Source of the DNA: Hyphochytrium catenoides
Lineage: Eukaryota; Protista; Hyphochytriomycota
Assembly: GCA_900088475.1 (NCBI GenBank)
Contig: FLMG01002343.1
Span: forward strand, 13,698 to 77,697
Reading direction: 5' to 3'
Length of the DNA stretch: 64,000 bases
Shown: positions 13,341 through 27,425 of the stretch, in pieces
Layout of the letters: each line of letters opens with the position of its first letter
How positions within the stretch are numbered: the stretch's first letter is position 1
Notes under the pieces: generated by a model
Told to the model about the DNA's origin: nothing
The model's database searches: none
Seen by the model: only the letters and a program-made list of their open reading frames with translations
Made by a program: the position numbers and the translations under genes

Positions 13341-13658
13341 AGCCCTTTCAAGAGTGAGACTGGCGGTCTGAGCGGCGCTCCTCTAAAGCCTCTCGCCCAA
13401 GAAACATTGCGAGAAATGTTCAAGCTTACGAAAGGAAACATTCCCTTGGTCGGGGTCGGAGGCATAGAGACAGGGGAAGACGCCTATGAAAGAATCAGAT
13501 GGGGCGCGTCTCTCGTGCAACTTTACTCTGGCTTGGTCTACCAGGGACCTGGCGCCGTGAGGCGAGTGAAGAGAGAACTGGCGCAGTGTCTCCGGAGAGA
13601 CGGCTTCTCGAGCGTCCAGGAGGCTGTGGGCGTTGATGTGAGGAGAGAGAAGAGATAA
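9320..13658 (+). CDS. DHODH: dihydroorotate dehydrogenase (quinone), class 2, mitochondrial; 6 exons
   Basis: Exons 9320-9469, 9964-10137, 10804-10971, 11553-11870, 12568-12806 and 13343-13658 join in phase via GT-AG. Motifs [69 protein letters not shown]. Arg/Ser-rich presequence followed by a hydrophobic anchor. Confidence 0.97.
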
Positions 13659-13659
13659 A

Positions 13660-13712
<53 letters not shown>

Positions 13713-13713
13713 C

Positions 13714-13756
<43 letters not shown>

Positions 13757-14685
13757 GAGAGAACAGAGAGATGAAGAGCTGGAAGCAGTGGGCAGGAGAG
13801 GATGCTGAGGACAGGCACGCCATGGAGACAAAGTATAGTTGGAGACATGTACAGAGTGATAGAAAATAAGAAAGAGAGAGACACAGAGAGAGAGAAATGT
13901 GCGTGCGGCGTTGAGCTGCATTAAGCTTGTAGGGATGATCGGGAGCAATTGCTGACCTAAAACGAGGACAAGCACCTTGTAAACTGAAGAAAAGGATTAC
14001 GAGCAGAGGAGACGAGGGGAGAGAGAGAGAGAGGGAGAGAGAGAGACTCTCCAGGAGCGACGGTTGGAAGCCACTTGGCGATGCTTAAGATGGAAACGGG
14101 GGCATTCAATCTATTAAACGCCACCAGTTACTGGCCCTCTCTATAATATATGGAAAACCAACATCCTGGCTGGTCTCTTTCTCTCTGTCTCGGTTTCTCT
14201 CTCTCTCTCTCTCACTCCTCCCTTTGTTTCTTTATGAAAATAAAAAGCCTTTTTGATGCGAGCAAAAGGGACAAGTTCTTCAAGAGAGGAGACAAGAGCA
14301 AGCCATTTCTTCCTTGTCCAAGGTCGTACCATTGCTAATGAATAGGAGATCGATTTTGACTCTCTCTTTTGTTTCCTCTTCTTCTCCAAGAGCTCTTTCC
14401 CCCCCTCTCTCTCTCTTCCGCTATCGCTTTAAATTTTACTTCCACGTCGCTCTTTCTTCCTCTCTCCAGCATTCTTCCTTGGTTTCCGTCGCAAAGTCTC
14501 TCTCTCTCTCTCTCCTTTTCTCACCCCATCAATAAACATAAACCCATCCATAGTCCTGAGGGAGAGACAGAGAGACGGCGAAAGTACGACGAGAGAGAGA
14601 CGTGGAAAGGGACAAGCTTATTTGAACCAGAGAGCACCTTTTTCATTGACTTTCTCTTATAGAGCACATCATCCCTGTCTCTCTC

Positions 14686-14801
14686 TTACTTGAGAGGAAT
14701 AAATCGAGAGGAGTTGGTGGCGCCGATACCAGGGCGGCCGTGTGCTACAGGCTTGTACGAGATAGAGAACTCACCGAGGTAGTGGCCTACCATCTCAGGC
14801 T

Positions 14802-14834
<33 letters not shown>

Positions 14835-14975
14835 CGCCGCGTTAGAAAAAAGAGTAGAGAGAGAGAGATATTATGAAGAGAGAAAGCAGAAGCACAAAGT
14901 CATAAATTCAGTGACTACAAAAGAAGAAGAGAAGAAACGAAGACGGACGAGAAAGATATCGTAAGACAGGACCGG

Positions 14976-15046
<71 letters not shown>

Positions 15047-15394
15047 CGCACCCACCTTGATCTCAATGCCGTTGAAAGCCTTGCCGTTGTACACGCCAAC
15101 AATAGAGCCAATCATCTCAGGCACAATGATCATGTTTCTAAGGTGAGTCTTGATGCCCATCGGCTTCTCAAGCGGTCCAGCCTCTTTCTTGGCCTTTCTC
15201 AATCTCTTGATCAGCGCCATTGGCTTTCTCTTGAGACCGCGGGAGAAGCGGCGGCGAGCGCGGGCGTGGACGAGCTCCATCAGCTGCTCGTTCTTAAGAT
15301 CGAGAAGCTTGTCCAGATCCACACCGCGGAAGGTAAACTTCTTGAAGGTGCGCTTCTTGCGGATGGCGGCGATCTCCTCCTCGGTCTTCTCCAT
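14686..15394 (-). CDS. RPS15: 40S ribosomal protein S15 (uS19); 2 coding exons
   Basis: Exons 15394-15056 ([20 protein letters not shown]...[16 protein letters not shown]) and 14799-14686 ([18 protein letters not shown]...SSRFIPLK*). An acceptor 6 nt upstream of the ATG suggests a 5'UTR intron. Confidence 0.98.
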
Positions 15395-16851
15395 GGTTCA
15401 CTGAGAAAGAGAGAGAGAGAGAGAGAGTAATGAGTGGCAGGAGAATGGAGCCGGTGGAACAGGAGTCGGAAGAGAGAGAGAGAGAGAGAGAGGGAGCCCT
15501 ACAAAACCCAAGTGTCTCTTCCACTGAAAAGGGAAGTAAAATAGAGAAAGGATTCAGAAGAGCACGCAATCAGCTGAGAAATATGACTCTTTCTCGGGAC
15601 AAAGATCCGTCTCTTCCAAAAAAAGTCTCCGTATCAGCCAAGCAGAACAACAGAAGTCCCTTTTTTCATTGAAGATCTTGGTCTTCTCTCTTCCCTTCCA
15701 GCTGCTTTTCTCTCTTTCTCTTTCTCTCTGGCTTTCCACGTAGTTGGTTCTCTCTCTCATTAGCTGCAGATAGTCCATGCATTACCTGTATTTTAGTGCT
15801 GTTCTGTCCCTACAAAGGGCGGATGATGTGCACAGAGATTCTGGAGAAATGTCTGAAGCTTTCTTGGCCTTCTCTCTCTCTCTCTCTCTCTTTNNNNNNN
15901 NNNNNNNNNNNNNNNNNNNNNNNNNNNNNNNNNNNNNNNNNNNNCTCTCTCTTTTTTCTCTCCATAGAGCGCCGCTCTGCCGCTGGTGATCCAGCGCCGG
16001 CCGCGGAGCTGGTGGTGCCCAGCCATCAGCAATCAGAGCCGCTAACGTCTCTATTTACCTTAGTATTACTATGCCGGATTTATAGGATTAGAGCCTAGGG
16101 CTAGCATACAATTATTACTATTTTGAGGTGGGCAAGATTGGTGGAAATATTACTAAGCTTGGCTTTTCGCTTTATATGTGAGGAAATTAGATATAATAAT
16201 AGGCGCGCAGAATAGGGGTCGAGTGCTTGTGATAAATCAACGAAGGTAGTTACTGATGATCTTTAGCCGGTTATCAGTATAGACAATAGTAGGATTATCA
16301 ATTCGTGAAGTTGAAGTTTGGCTTCAGTAAATTCTTGTTCAAGTGNNNNNNNNNNNNNNNNNNNNNNNNNNNNNNNNNNNNNNNNNNNNNNNNNNNNNNN
16401 NNNNNNNNNNNNNNNNNNNNNNNNNNNNNNNNNNNNTCTGTTAAACCTTCCCCCCCCCCTTCTTTATCATCTTTCTCCTTCCCTATCTTCCCTCCGTCTC
16501 CATGCTGGCTCGCTTCTCCCATCTTTGGTCTGGAAGCATGAGACCGACCGTCTCTCCCAGTGAACGCGGTTTGCCACCTCAACTGGTCTCTCCCTCCCCT
16601 CTGGGTCCGCATCTCATTCTCTCTCTCTCTCTTTCTCTCTCTCTCTCCTTCCCACATACACTAGTCTCTCTCTCCCTCTCTCTTTGTTGAGGATGGAGCT
16701 TCGTCATAGCGATTGACAGAGAAGAGAGAAAGAGAAAGAAGAAGAGAGAAGAGGCATTTTCTTTGGTCTTCACCTTTTTTAGTTATAAAGAAGACGTGCC
16801 GCCTTTTTGTCTCTCTCTCTCTCTTTCTCTCCTCTGTCTCTCTTTTTCCGT

Positions 16852-17786
16852 CTACTTTCTGTTTACTTCAGGAAGCTTTACGGTCGCCGCTGGGGAAGAC
16901 GACGGCGTGGAAGAGAGAGAAAGAGAAGAGAGAGTCGGCACTGCAGGAGAGAGAGAAGCACTCTTTCTCCCTTCCGTCACTATCTTTACAGGGTCAATGT
17001 TCACTCTCTTTCCCCTAGGAAACTCTCTGTCTGTCACCTCTCTTCCTCTCGGGATATTATAATGGTCCAACTCTACTCTGCTGGCGTTCCCGTCTCTCCC
17101 TTTCTTCTCTCTCTCCGGACTGGTGATCATCGCCATGTGCCCGTGAGGAGTGCTCTCGATCTTGCCTGGAGAGAGAGAGACAGGCGGAGGGAGAGAGAGA
17201 GAACGAGGGAGAGAGAGAAAGAGAGAGAGAGGAAAATGTACCGCTTAAGAGGAGAAAGAGGGACACAAAGAAAGAGTATCCATTCCTCCCTTTCTCATAT
17301 TACCCAAGGGTCCGCTTTTCCTATCTTTCTTCTTTCTCTGCCCTTTCTCTCTCTCTCTCTCTCTCCGCCCTAGTTTCTCTCTCTCTCTCCGCCCCAGTTT
17401 CTCTCTCTCTCTCCATAATACTTCTCCCTCTTCTTCTCTCTCTCTCTCTCCCTCTTCCCTTTCTCCTTCTGTTGGCAAAGCGCTCTCTTCTCATTTCTTC
17501 TCCTCCAATCCTCTATCCGCTCTCTCTTTCTCTCTCCCTCTTCTTCTTCTCTCTCTCTCTCTCTCTCTCTCCGTCTCTCTCTCTCTCTCTCTCTCTCTTC
17601 CCCCTCCTTCTTACCTGTCTCCCAGAGTCTAACGTCCAGCACTTCCCTTCCAAGCTTCTCTTTCTTCCTTGCCTGAGGGTCGATCAATGTTTTCTCTTCT
17701 TCCTCCTTGTCCAACACCCGAGACGTGGGATCTTCCAGTTTGCCTAATAAAACAGAGGGATAAGGAGAGAGAAGAGAAGAGGGACG

Positions 17787-17818
<32 letters not shown>

Positions 17819-17955
17819 ACGAGAGAGAGACGAGAAGAGAAGAAGAGGGACATGGAGACAGAGAGAGAGAGAGAGAGGAGAGAGGGAGGAGAGAGAGAAA
17901 GAGAGAGAGGGGACTTGCTTAGTCAATTGAAGGGCCGCAGGGTATAGACCTCTTA

Positions 17956-17994
<39 letters not shown>

Positions 17995-18203
17995 CTCTCT
18001 CTGTCTCTCTCTTCTCCACCTCTACATCTCTCTCCCCCACCACACCTCTTACATATCTCTCTCTCTCTCTCGCACCCTCTTCCGTCGCACGCTCATTACC
18101 GCCCTCATTTCACTTGTCCTGTGGTCCAGTGTCTCGGGTCCTTCTCTTCTTGCGCTCTCCTCTCTCCTCTCTCTCTTTCCCGTGCTTCCACTGTCTCCCT
18201 CTC

Positions 18204-18250
<47 letters not shown>

Positions 18251-18353
18251 TACAGGACTTTCTTTTGCCCGCCCATCTTTTCTCTAGTCACAACGGGTAA
18301 AGCTCATCAATGATGCACCGTGCTTCTCTCTTCTTCTTCTCTCTCTCTTTCTT

Positions 18354-18411
<58 letters not shown>

Positions 18412-18997
18412 ACCCAGTTTGGCCTTAATACTCTGTCTGTTAGCTTCCATGGGATCATAGTCACTTTCTATGATTGTGTCGCGGAAGATTGCGCCCTTGC
18501 GATTCGTCGCGTCCAAGAATTCTTGATAAAAAGCGTTTCTCTTTGCGCTCATCTCCGCGTAACTCTAGACAGAGAGAGAGAGAGAGCATGCATAAAAAAG
18601 AGAGAGAAAGAGAGGATAAACACCGTGAGAGGGAGAGAGAGAGGGAGAGAGAGAGTACGCAAAAAAAAAGAGAGAAAGAGAGGATAAACACGGTGAGAGA
18701 GAGAGGGGGGAGAGAGAGAAAGAGAGGATAAATACGGAGGGAGAGAGAGAGGAGAGAGAGTACGCAAAAAGGAGAAAGAAAGAGAAGATAAACACGGTGA
18801 GAGAGAGAAGGGGGGAGAGGGAGAGAGAGAGAGAGAAAGAGAGGATAAACACGGTGAGAGAGAGAGAGAGTACGCCAAAAAAGAGAGAGAAAGAGAGGAA
18901 AGCACGGAGAGTGAGAGGGGGGGGGNNNNNNNNNNNNNNNNNNNNNNNNNNNNNNNNNNNNNNNNNNNNNNNNNNNNNNNNNNNNNNNNNNNNNNNN

Positions 18998-19031
<34 letters not shown>

Positions 19032-19357
19032 TTCCCTATCTGTGTGACGAATAGGGAGAAGTACTGGCCACGGGAGAGAATGTGGTTCTTACGGATAGGT
19101 TGGCTGGGAGGAGAGAGAAGTGAGAGAGTAAAGAGACAAGAGAGAATGGGGACTAAGAGAATGAAGGGAGAGAAAGAGAGAGAGAGAGAGAGAGTAATTA
19201 CTTGTTGATTCACTTTCTCCATGATGGCGCCCATAATCTTCTGATGCACATTTTGGTTCCAGGTGTCGAACTCTTTCTTTCTCTTTCTCTCCGCCTCCTG
19301 CTCCTGCAGATCCAGTTCGTGGCCTATCTCAGCAGCCAGCGCACGACCCTCCTGTGA

Positions 19358-19397
<40 letters not shown>

Positions 19398-19543
19398 TGA
19401 CCGACAGAAAGAGAGGGAGAGAGAAAGAGAGAAATAGATGGAGAAGGAGAGAGTTTTAGAGTACGGAGAGGGAACATCGCGAATTAAAACCGTGATCACG
19501 TCAAAGAAGAGAAATAGTAGCATCAGCATAGCCACAGAGGAAA

Positions 19544-19574
<31 letters not shown>

Positions 19575-19920
19575 GAGAAAGGAAATATAATGACGCTGAA
19601 GGGAGAGAAGAGTAATCTCATAGGTAGACAATAAAGGAGAAAGTAGGAATGTACGGAGAGAATGATGCCACTGGGAGAAAGAGCTGCATGGGAGAGAGAA
19701 AAAGTGCCTGCAACAAGGTAGAGAAACAGAGAGAGAGAGAGAGAACGGACCATGACACTGTTCAGATTTCGCTCAAACTTCTCTTCTCGAAGCTTTTGAG
19801 CACGTGCCACTCGCTCCTTCAGCTCCCGCTGGTTAGCAGCTGCTTTCGCAGCCTTAAAAAGTGAGAAAGAGAGAGAGAGAGATCCGAAAACCCAGACAGA
19901 CAGAGAGGGAGAGAGAGACG

Positions 19921-19956
<36 letters not shown>

Positions 19957-20062
19957 AAAGAGAGTCATAAGGAACTGTCTTTTCACACATTTGGGAAACC
20001 CCAGTGCCCATCAGGGGCAGAGAGATAATGGAGAGAGACTACCCATACAGAGATAGCAAGAA

Positions 20063-20097
<35 letters not shown>

Positions 20098-20404
20098 GAG
20101 AGACACTGAGAGAGAGAAGAAGCAGGGAGAGAGAGAGAGGAAAAGAGCAAAAAGGGACTAACACGCAATGCAAAGTGGAAGGCTTTTGAGAACATTTACC
20201 TGCTCACGGCAGAATTGGTCGTATCGACGAGCCATTTTTTCCTGGAGAGACACAGTGAGAGAGAAAGAGAGAGAGAGAGAGAAAGAACGAGAAAACGAGA
20301 GAGGGTAGAGAGAGAAGGAGAGGGAAAGAGAGAAACAGGCTGCCAGAAAGAGGAGGCACAGAAAGAGAAAGAAAGCAACGGATGAGGAGAGAGTTAAGAG
20401 GTTG

Positions 20405-20455
<51 letters not shown>

Positions 20456-20765
20456 GGTGAAAAAGATACTGCCAATTCCCAGGGCAAGAGTTGGCCAAGA
20501 TACACAGAGAAGACAGAGGAAGAAAGCAGCCATGCCAAACCTCATTGCTTATTCCTTTCCCCTACAAAGCAAGAGAGGAAAGAAAACGTGAGGAACGCAG
20601 AGAACGGAGAAAAAGGAAGAGAGAGAGAGAAAAATCACACGTACAGAGAGAGATTGAGAGAGACAGGGAGAAAACGGAAGAAGAGACACACAGAGAGACG
20701 GAAGAGAGGAAGAGAGAAAGAGAGAGAGAGAGTCATAGTGAGAGGTACAAGAAAGAAAAAAAGAA

Positions 20766-20813
<48 letters not shown>

Positions 20814-20973
20814 AGGTGGAAAGGGAGAGAGGAGAGGAGATAGGTCAACCTTCTTTTGTGAATGGTTTGCCTCTGCCTGAAGGTCCCTGAGGGTTCCGTC
20901 GTTCCCGCAAATAGGAACAACCAGGAAAAGAGAGGGAAGAAGAGGATTAAAAAAAAAGAGAAAAGAGAAAAGA

Positions 20974-21009
<36 letters not shown>

Positions 21010-21341
21010 CTCTGGCCTTAGAAAGTGCAATGCACCAACATAACCGTGGAAGAAATAATCAACCGACATCATTCTCTCTCTTTTTCGTTTTTTCATCGTT
21101 TCTCTCTCGCTCATCGACACCGCTTGCTCTTCCTCTTGATGTTCTCTCTCCCTCTCCATCTTCTTCTTCTCTCCCACTGTTTGTCTGTCGCGACCTTATC
21201 TTATTGTGCCTCTCTCAATGTTCCCTGCATTCCTCTCGGTTATCACTCATCGGTCTCTTCTTTCTCTCTCTCTTCCTCTCACACACATACACTCTCTCTC
21301 ACTCACAATCTCTCTCTCTCCTTTCTCTCGCTCTCTCGCTC

Positions 21342-21376
<35 letters not shown>

Positions 21377-21598
21377 CTGTCCTCTCTTCTCTCTCTCTCT
21401 CTCTCTCTTTCGCCCATTACAGGTCTTCCCTCTCTCGGTTTCTCTCTTTCTCTCTCTCTCCCCGTGTTACCTGTTTTGCTGTGAGTCCAGTGTCTCTTCA
21501 TCTTCTCCGACCAGCTCTCCTAGCAGCGCCTCAGAATACACGCGCACCGTCCCCGAAGGGACAGGAGAGGGAGAGAGAGTGCCGATAAACTTGTCTTT
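16852..21598 (-). CDS. FAM228-like protein, at least 8 exons, 5' end lost in the N gap at 21599-21679
   Basis: In-phase exons at about 21598-21471, 20886-20850, 20241-20200, 19852-19751, 19351-19201, 18563-18413, 17743-17615 and 17165-16852. Motifs FYQEFLDATNRKGAIFRDTIIESDYDP, LDVRLWETGKIESTPHGH and LDHYNIPRG...EFPRGKR are recalled from FAM228-like proteins. Confidence 0.7.
18590..18905. repeat. intronic minisatellite
   Basis: About 5-6 copies of AAAGAGAGGATAAACACGGTGAGAG interleaved with 3 copies of AGAGTACGC(A/C)AAAA on a GA background. Confidence 0.85.
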
Positions 21599-22504
21599 NN
21601 NNNNNNNNNNNNNNNNNNNNNNNNNNNNNNNNNNNNNNNNNNNNNNNNNNNNNNNNNNNNNNNNNNNNNNNNNNNNNNNACAGAGAGAGAAACAGAGAGA
21701 GAAACAGAGAGAGAAACAGAGAGAGAGTAAAGCCTATGAAAGACTGAGCCGCTTGTCTTTTGATCAGAATGATCAGAAAGGGAAGAGACTTATAGAGAGA
21801 GAAAAAGAAAGAGAGAGAGAGAGAGAGAAAAAAAGAGAAAGAAAGCCGGAAGAGACGATCGAATGAGGAAGATGCACCTGCGAATGCGGAGAAGAGAGAG
21901 AGGTCAGAGAGAGAGAGAAGGTGCAGAGCGAGATGCTCCAGATGAACGAGGAGGAGGAGGGAGGTAGAGAGCTTGGAGGTAGAGTTGAGACCGAGAAGAG
22001 ACCCGCAGGAGACGCAGAAGAGGAAGAAGTGGCAGAGAAGGAAAAGGATTGCAAGAGAGAGAACAGAGAGAGAGAGGGAGAGACAGAGAGAGAGAAAGAG
22101 AAAGAGAAAAGACTGGGAAGGGAGAGCTTTCAGCCGCTAAGACAGAGAGAGCGTGGGCGCGCTGGAAGAGAGAAGAAACCCACACCACACCCAAGAGACC
22201 CAGAGAGAGCAGAGAGAAGACGACGAGGGCCCGAAAAAGAGAAGACCGAGAGAGAGAGAGAAAAGGAGGCGAGGGGGGGGGAGGGNNNNNAGAGAGAGAC
22301 AGAGAGAGAAGTGGAGTAATGAATGATATGATGATGGCCATGAAACCCCCAAGGTCTCCCTATAGGCTTCATTCCGAATAGCCTTGTATACGTCGGGATT
22401 ATCCCTCATAGAACCCCTCTAATGCGTAATATATTCCTCACTTTACCCAAAAGACACAGCGAGAGATAGACTGGGTGGGGGAGAGAGAGGAGAGAGGAGG
22501 AGAG

Positions 22505-22560
<56 letters not shown>

Positions 22561-22718
22561 GAGAGAAGGATAAGAGAGAGAGAGAGCACACATGCAGACA
22601 GGGATGCAGACGAAGGAAAGGCATGCTGCGGGAATTAGTTGGCCGACGAAAGGCGCTAAGATCCGGAGGATAATGCTTTCTAATACCTCTTGCCTCTGTC
22701 TTTCACAGCTCTGAACTT

Positions 22719-22772
<54 letters not shown>

Positions 22773-23288
22773 CTCTCTCTCTTCTTTGTCTTAACCTTTG
22801 CTCAGTCTCTCTTCTCCCCTCTCTCAGTCAACTGTGTTTTTATTTGTCTACCATTCAGACGAGACCTCGTGGTACATCTTAAGAAAAATATTGTTCTTCT
22901 GCGCGTCTCTCCTTCTGTCTTTCTCTCTCACGCAGGCACAGTCTCTCTCTCCCTCCCACTCTCTCTCCTCCCTTCCAACAACCCCTTACCTCACTCTCTG
23001 CCTTCTTTTCTTTCCTTCCTCAACACAAGACTTCTCTCTTCCTCTTCTACTCGCTCTTCTTTCTCTTGCTCTCCCTCTTGACCCGTCTGTCTGTCTCTCT
23101 CTCTCTCCTTTTCTTTTTCTTTCTCAACTATAACATAGCTTTATATGCTTTCAATCCTCAATAATTTGGTTGATAATAAAGGGAAAAGACCTTGAAACAC
23201 CTATCTTTTGAGAGCAAAAGCGAGAGAGGAGAGAGAGAGAGAAAAACGCGAGAGAGACCTCTTCTCTCTCTTCACTTCTCTTGGGTCT

Positions 23289-23385
23289 CTAGAGACGCAG
23301 TCCTGTGCCCACACCAACGAAGATAGCGACGATGACGAGCCCGATAATGAGCAACATGCACTGCTTCTTCCTGCAGGGGTAAAGC

Positions 23386-23441
<56 letters not shown>

Positions 23442-23731
23442 AAGAGAAGGGGGTTGAGAAGGAGAAGTAAGAAAGAGTTTAGAAACGTAGAAAGGCCACC
23501 AAGTAGTCACACAGGAGAACAACGTTGACCTCTCAACTCTCTCTCTTTCTCTCTCTCTCTCTCCTTATCTCGCTTTCTCTCTGTCTCTTTTCCTCTCTCT
23601 CTCTCTCTCCTCCCTCTCTCCCAGTCGTTTTTGTTGTTTTTGATCTTAGTCCTCTCTCTCCCGGTTCGGTTTCATCTCTTTTTCCTTATGCCAACCCGAG
23701 CTTGAAATGATTCTCTCTCTCTCTCTCCGTT

Positions 23732-23787
<56 letters not shown>

Positions 23788-24324
23788 CTTGTCTTCTTCT
23801 GATGTTCAATGGCCTTGGTCATCTCTTCATTGCCTCTCTCAATATAATCCGAGGCTGCCTGCACCTGGTGCTCAATCTGGTCCAACATCTCTCCCTGCTC
23901 ATTCACTAAGAGAGCAAGGTCCAGGAACATCTGATGGAGCTCCGCCACACTTCTCTCCAGACGAAGGACGTCCTAGAGAGAGAGAGAGAGAGAAAGAGAA
24001 AGAGAGAGAGAGAGAGAGAGACAAGGAACAGAGAGGGGAGAAGACGAGATGGGGTTATTCGAGGAGGAAACGGGCCGGGAGAGAGAGAGAAAGAGAGGTC
24101 AGAAGAGAGAAAAAGTCAGACAGGCAGGAGAGAGAGAGAGACAGAAGAATGGAAGTCAGTGGACAGGAAAGAGAGGGAGAGAGCGGAGTGTTGTCTCCAC
24201 GAGAGAGAGAAAAATGTTGTAAGCCAGAGCAAGTAGGGAAAAGAGAGAGCGAAGAGGAGAGAGAAAATGCAAATCTAGGCAAGACGGAGGGAGAGAGAGA
24301 CGATGGCAGGGAGAGAGAGAGAGA

Positions 24325-24355
<31 letters not shown>

Positions 24356-24707
24356 TTTACCTGGTACTTGTCATGAGCATTCATAAAGGCGTGCTGAATA
24401 GCATCATTGGCGTTGCCCTAGAGAGAGAGACAGAGAAAGAGAGAAAGAAAGAAGAAGACGCTCCATTAGCCTCTCTCCTTCCCGTTCAGTTAACACATCC
24501 TCTCTCCGCTCTCTTTTTTGCTTTTCTGCTGCTTTTTCTCTATTTCCTTTTCCTCATTCTCTCTCAGTCTTTCTCTATCTCTCTGTCTCTCCTTCCTTCT
24601 TACTTTCAACTTTTGCCCCTTCCCTGGCTTCTGCTGTTTTTAGAAGCCCTCTCTTTTTGTCTTTCTCCCTCTTTCTCTCTCATCTTCTCTCCTATTTCTC
24701 TCCTATT

Positions 24708-24751
<44 letters not shown>

Positions 24752-24845
24752 NNNNNNNNNNNNNNNNNNNNNNNNNNNNNNNNNNNNNNNNNNNNNNNNN
24801 NNNNNNNNNNNNNNNNNNNNNNNNNNNNNNNNNNNNNNNNNNNNN

Positions 24846-24897
<52 letters not shown>

Positions 24898-25827
24898 AAG
24901 GGGGGGAGAGAGAAGGGGGGATTAAATAGTGAAAGAGACATAGAGAAAGGGCAAAAGAGAAGGTCAGAGACAGAGAGAGAGAGAGTGAGAGAGAGAGAGA
25001 GAAAGAAAGGAAGAAAGAAGAGAAAGGTGGGGATAGCGAGGAAAGACGAACGGAGTAGAGAGAGAGAGAGCAAAAAGAGTGTCAGAGACGAAGAGAGAGG
25101 TCGAGAGAGAGAGGAAAAGGGTCAGAGACAAAGAAAAGAGAGAGAAGGACAGAGAGGAAGAGAGAGAGAGAAAAAGAGACTCACTTGGCAGTTCTGATAG
25201 TCTTTCATGGTGTCTACAAACTTTCTGGTGAGAGTCACTAGCAAGTTCTCTCGGATCCTGGAAAGTCAAGCCAGACAGCGAGAAGAGAGAGAGAAGGAGA
25301 GAGAGAAAGAGAGAGAAAGAGAGAGAAAGAGAGAGAAAGAGGGAGAAAGAGAGAGAAAGAGGATGAAAGAGAGAGAAAAGAGGATGAAAGTGAGAGAAAA
25401 GAGGATGAAAGAGAGAGAGAGAGAGAGAAAGAGAGAGAAAGAGAGAGAGGGCAAAGACCGAGTGAGATAAGCAAAGAGGAAAAGAGAGAGGCAAAGTGAA
25501 CCTAAGGAGAGAGAGGAGAGGAAGAATGAAGTCAGAACAAAAGAGAGAGAGAGTGAGAGAGAGGGCACGAGGGGAAGAGAGAGATTGGACGGGGAGACCC
25601 ACTAAGGCAAGCGAAAGAGCTTGAACAATACGAAAGAGACAGTAGCTGTGGATCCTTGAAAAAAGTTTAAAGAGGAGAGAGACTGCTCTCTCTCTCTCTT
25701 CTTACCTTAGCTCAGACTTCTCCAACTTTGAATCTTTCTTTTTCTCATTTGTCTCCTCCTTCAGCCGCTGGAGCACTCCCTGCAGAAAAGCAGTATGAGA
25801 CCTTCTTTCCTACGTCTCTTTCTCTCT

Positions 25828-25862
<35 letters not shown>

Positions 25863-25962
25863 TTGTTATGAAATAGGCTATGCCTCTGTGTTACCTTAGC
25901 TCTGGCTGCGATAATGTTCGTCCCATCGATAACATTCTTTAGCTCTGTGCTGATCTCTGTAG

Positions 25963-25994
<32 letters not shown>

Positions 25995-26226
25995 AAGAAG
26001 AGAACGAGAGGGAAAGACAGAGAAACGCGTGAGAGAGGGTAAGAGAGAGAGAGAAAAGGACGAGAGAAAATGGAATACCATAGGGCAAAAGAAAGCGATG
26101 AGAAATTGTTTAAAAAAAAACTGTCGAGGCAATCAAAGGGAAAAAAGAGAAACGAGAGAGAGAGAGAGAGAGAGAGNNNNNNNNNNNNNNNNNNNNNNNN
26201 NNNNNNNNNNNNNNNNNNNNNAGAGA

Positions 26227-26258
<32 letters not shown>

Positions 26259-27425
26259 ACAAGGAAGATGAAGGCTGTATGAAAGCCCCCTCTCACCTTT
26301 TTCTCTCTCTGAATTGGTGGCAAGGATCGCCTCATCATTCAAGGACTGAATGTTCTTCGTGGCATCTCTGTAAGAAGCAAACGTATAAGCTCAGTCACAC
26401 TCTTTCGATGGAGAAAAGAGAGAGAGACAAAAAAGAGAGAGAGAGAGAAGACAGAAGAAGAAGGAAACAGGGGGAAGAGAGAGAGAGAGAGAGAGAGAGA
26501 GATGTGTCACCTGATTTTGGATATATCATTCTTCACTGTCTCAACATCTTTAAAGAACTCCAGCATGAACTTCGGCTGAGCGAACTCAGGTCTGCATCAC
26601 AGAGCGAAGAGAGAGGGAGAGAGAGAGAGGGAGAGAGACAAAGAGAGAGAGAGACAGAGAGAGAGAGAGAACGTAACGGAGAGAGGGAGAAAGAGAAAGA
26701 GGTGAGGAAAGACAGAGAGAGTGAGAGAGGGCCGCAGAGGTCAAGTCAGAGAGAAGTTCAGAGGAAAGGAAAGGGAATAGAGACCCGTAAGAAGATAGTA
26801 AGAGAGAGAAAGAAGCGAGTTCCCAGAGAAAGAGGAAAGCAGACTATCCGAAGAGGAAGAAGAGAGAGAAAGAGGAAAGACGACAGAGAGCGGGAAAGAA
26901 AGATTAGAATGGGAAGTGGGGCCCTCCCGTCCACCTGGAATGATGGTAGTGGAGAGGGGAGAGAGAGAGAGAGAGGCGGGGAGAGAGAGAGAGAGAGAAA
27001 GAAACAGAGAAAAGAGAGAGAGAGAAAGGAGGCAGTGCTTACTTGGACGGCTCACTCTTGATGTCAATTTTCACCTCCGAAGCCTGAGCTCCTTGGCCAT
27101 TGTTATTGGTAGGAGAGCCTGCCAGGAGGGAATACTTAGGGCAAGGCGCAAGAAAAGACGGAGAAATAGAGAGAGAGAGGAAGAGAGACAGAGAGAGACA
27201 GGGAGACCGACAGACAATTTGACAGACAGACAGGCAGAGAGGCAGAGAGACAAAGAGGAGGAGACACGCATAGAGACACAGAGGAGAACCCAAAACAAAG
27301 AGAGATAGTCAAAAGAGAATTAAGGAGCATACAACAAAGCAGAGAGAGAGAGAGAGAGCACTTTTTGAGAGCGAAAAGAGGGCCTGTTCGTTACCTCCGT
27401 TGATGTCTCGCAGTCTGTCATTCAT
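23289..27425 (-). CDS. plasma-membrane Qa-SNARE syntaxin (syntaxin-1/SYP1-like); 10 visible exons plus one probably in an N gap
   Basis: MNDRLRD start; Habc exons (FMLEFFKDVETVK, IRENLLVTLTRKFVDTMKDYQNCQ); SNARE motif [33 protein letters not shown]; C-terminal TM KKQCMLLIIGLVIVAIFVGVGTGLRL*. Confidence 0.95.

Noticed and set aside
18590-18905. Repeat-spacer pattern resembling a CRISPR array
   Set aside because: It lies in a eukaryotic intron, the spacers are GA repeats, and there are no cas genes.
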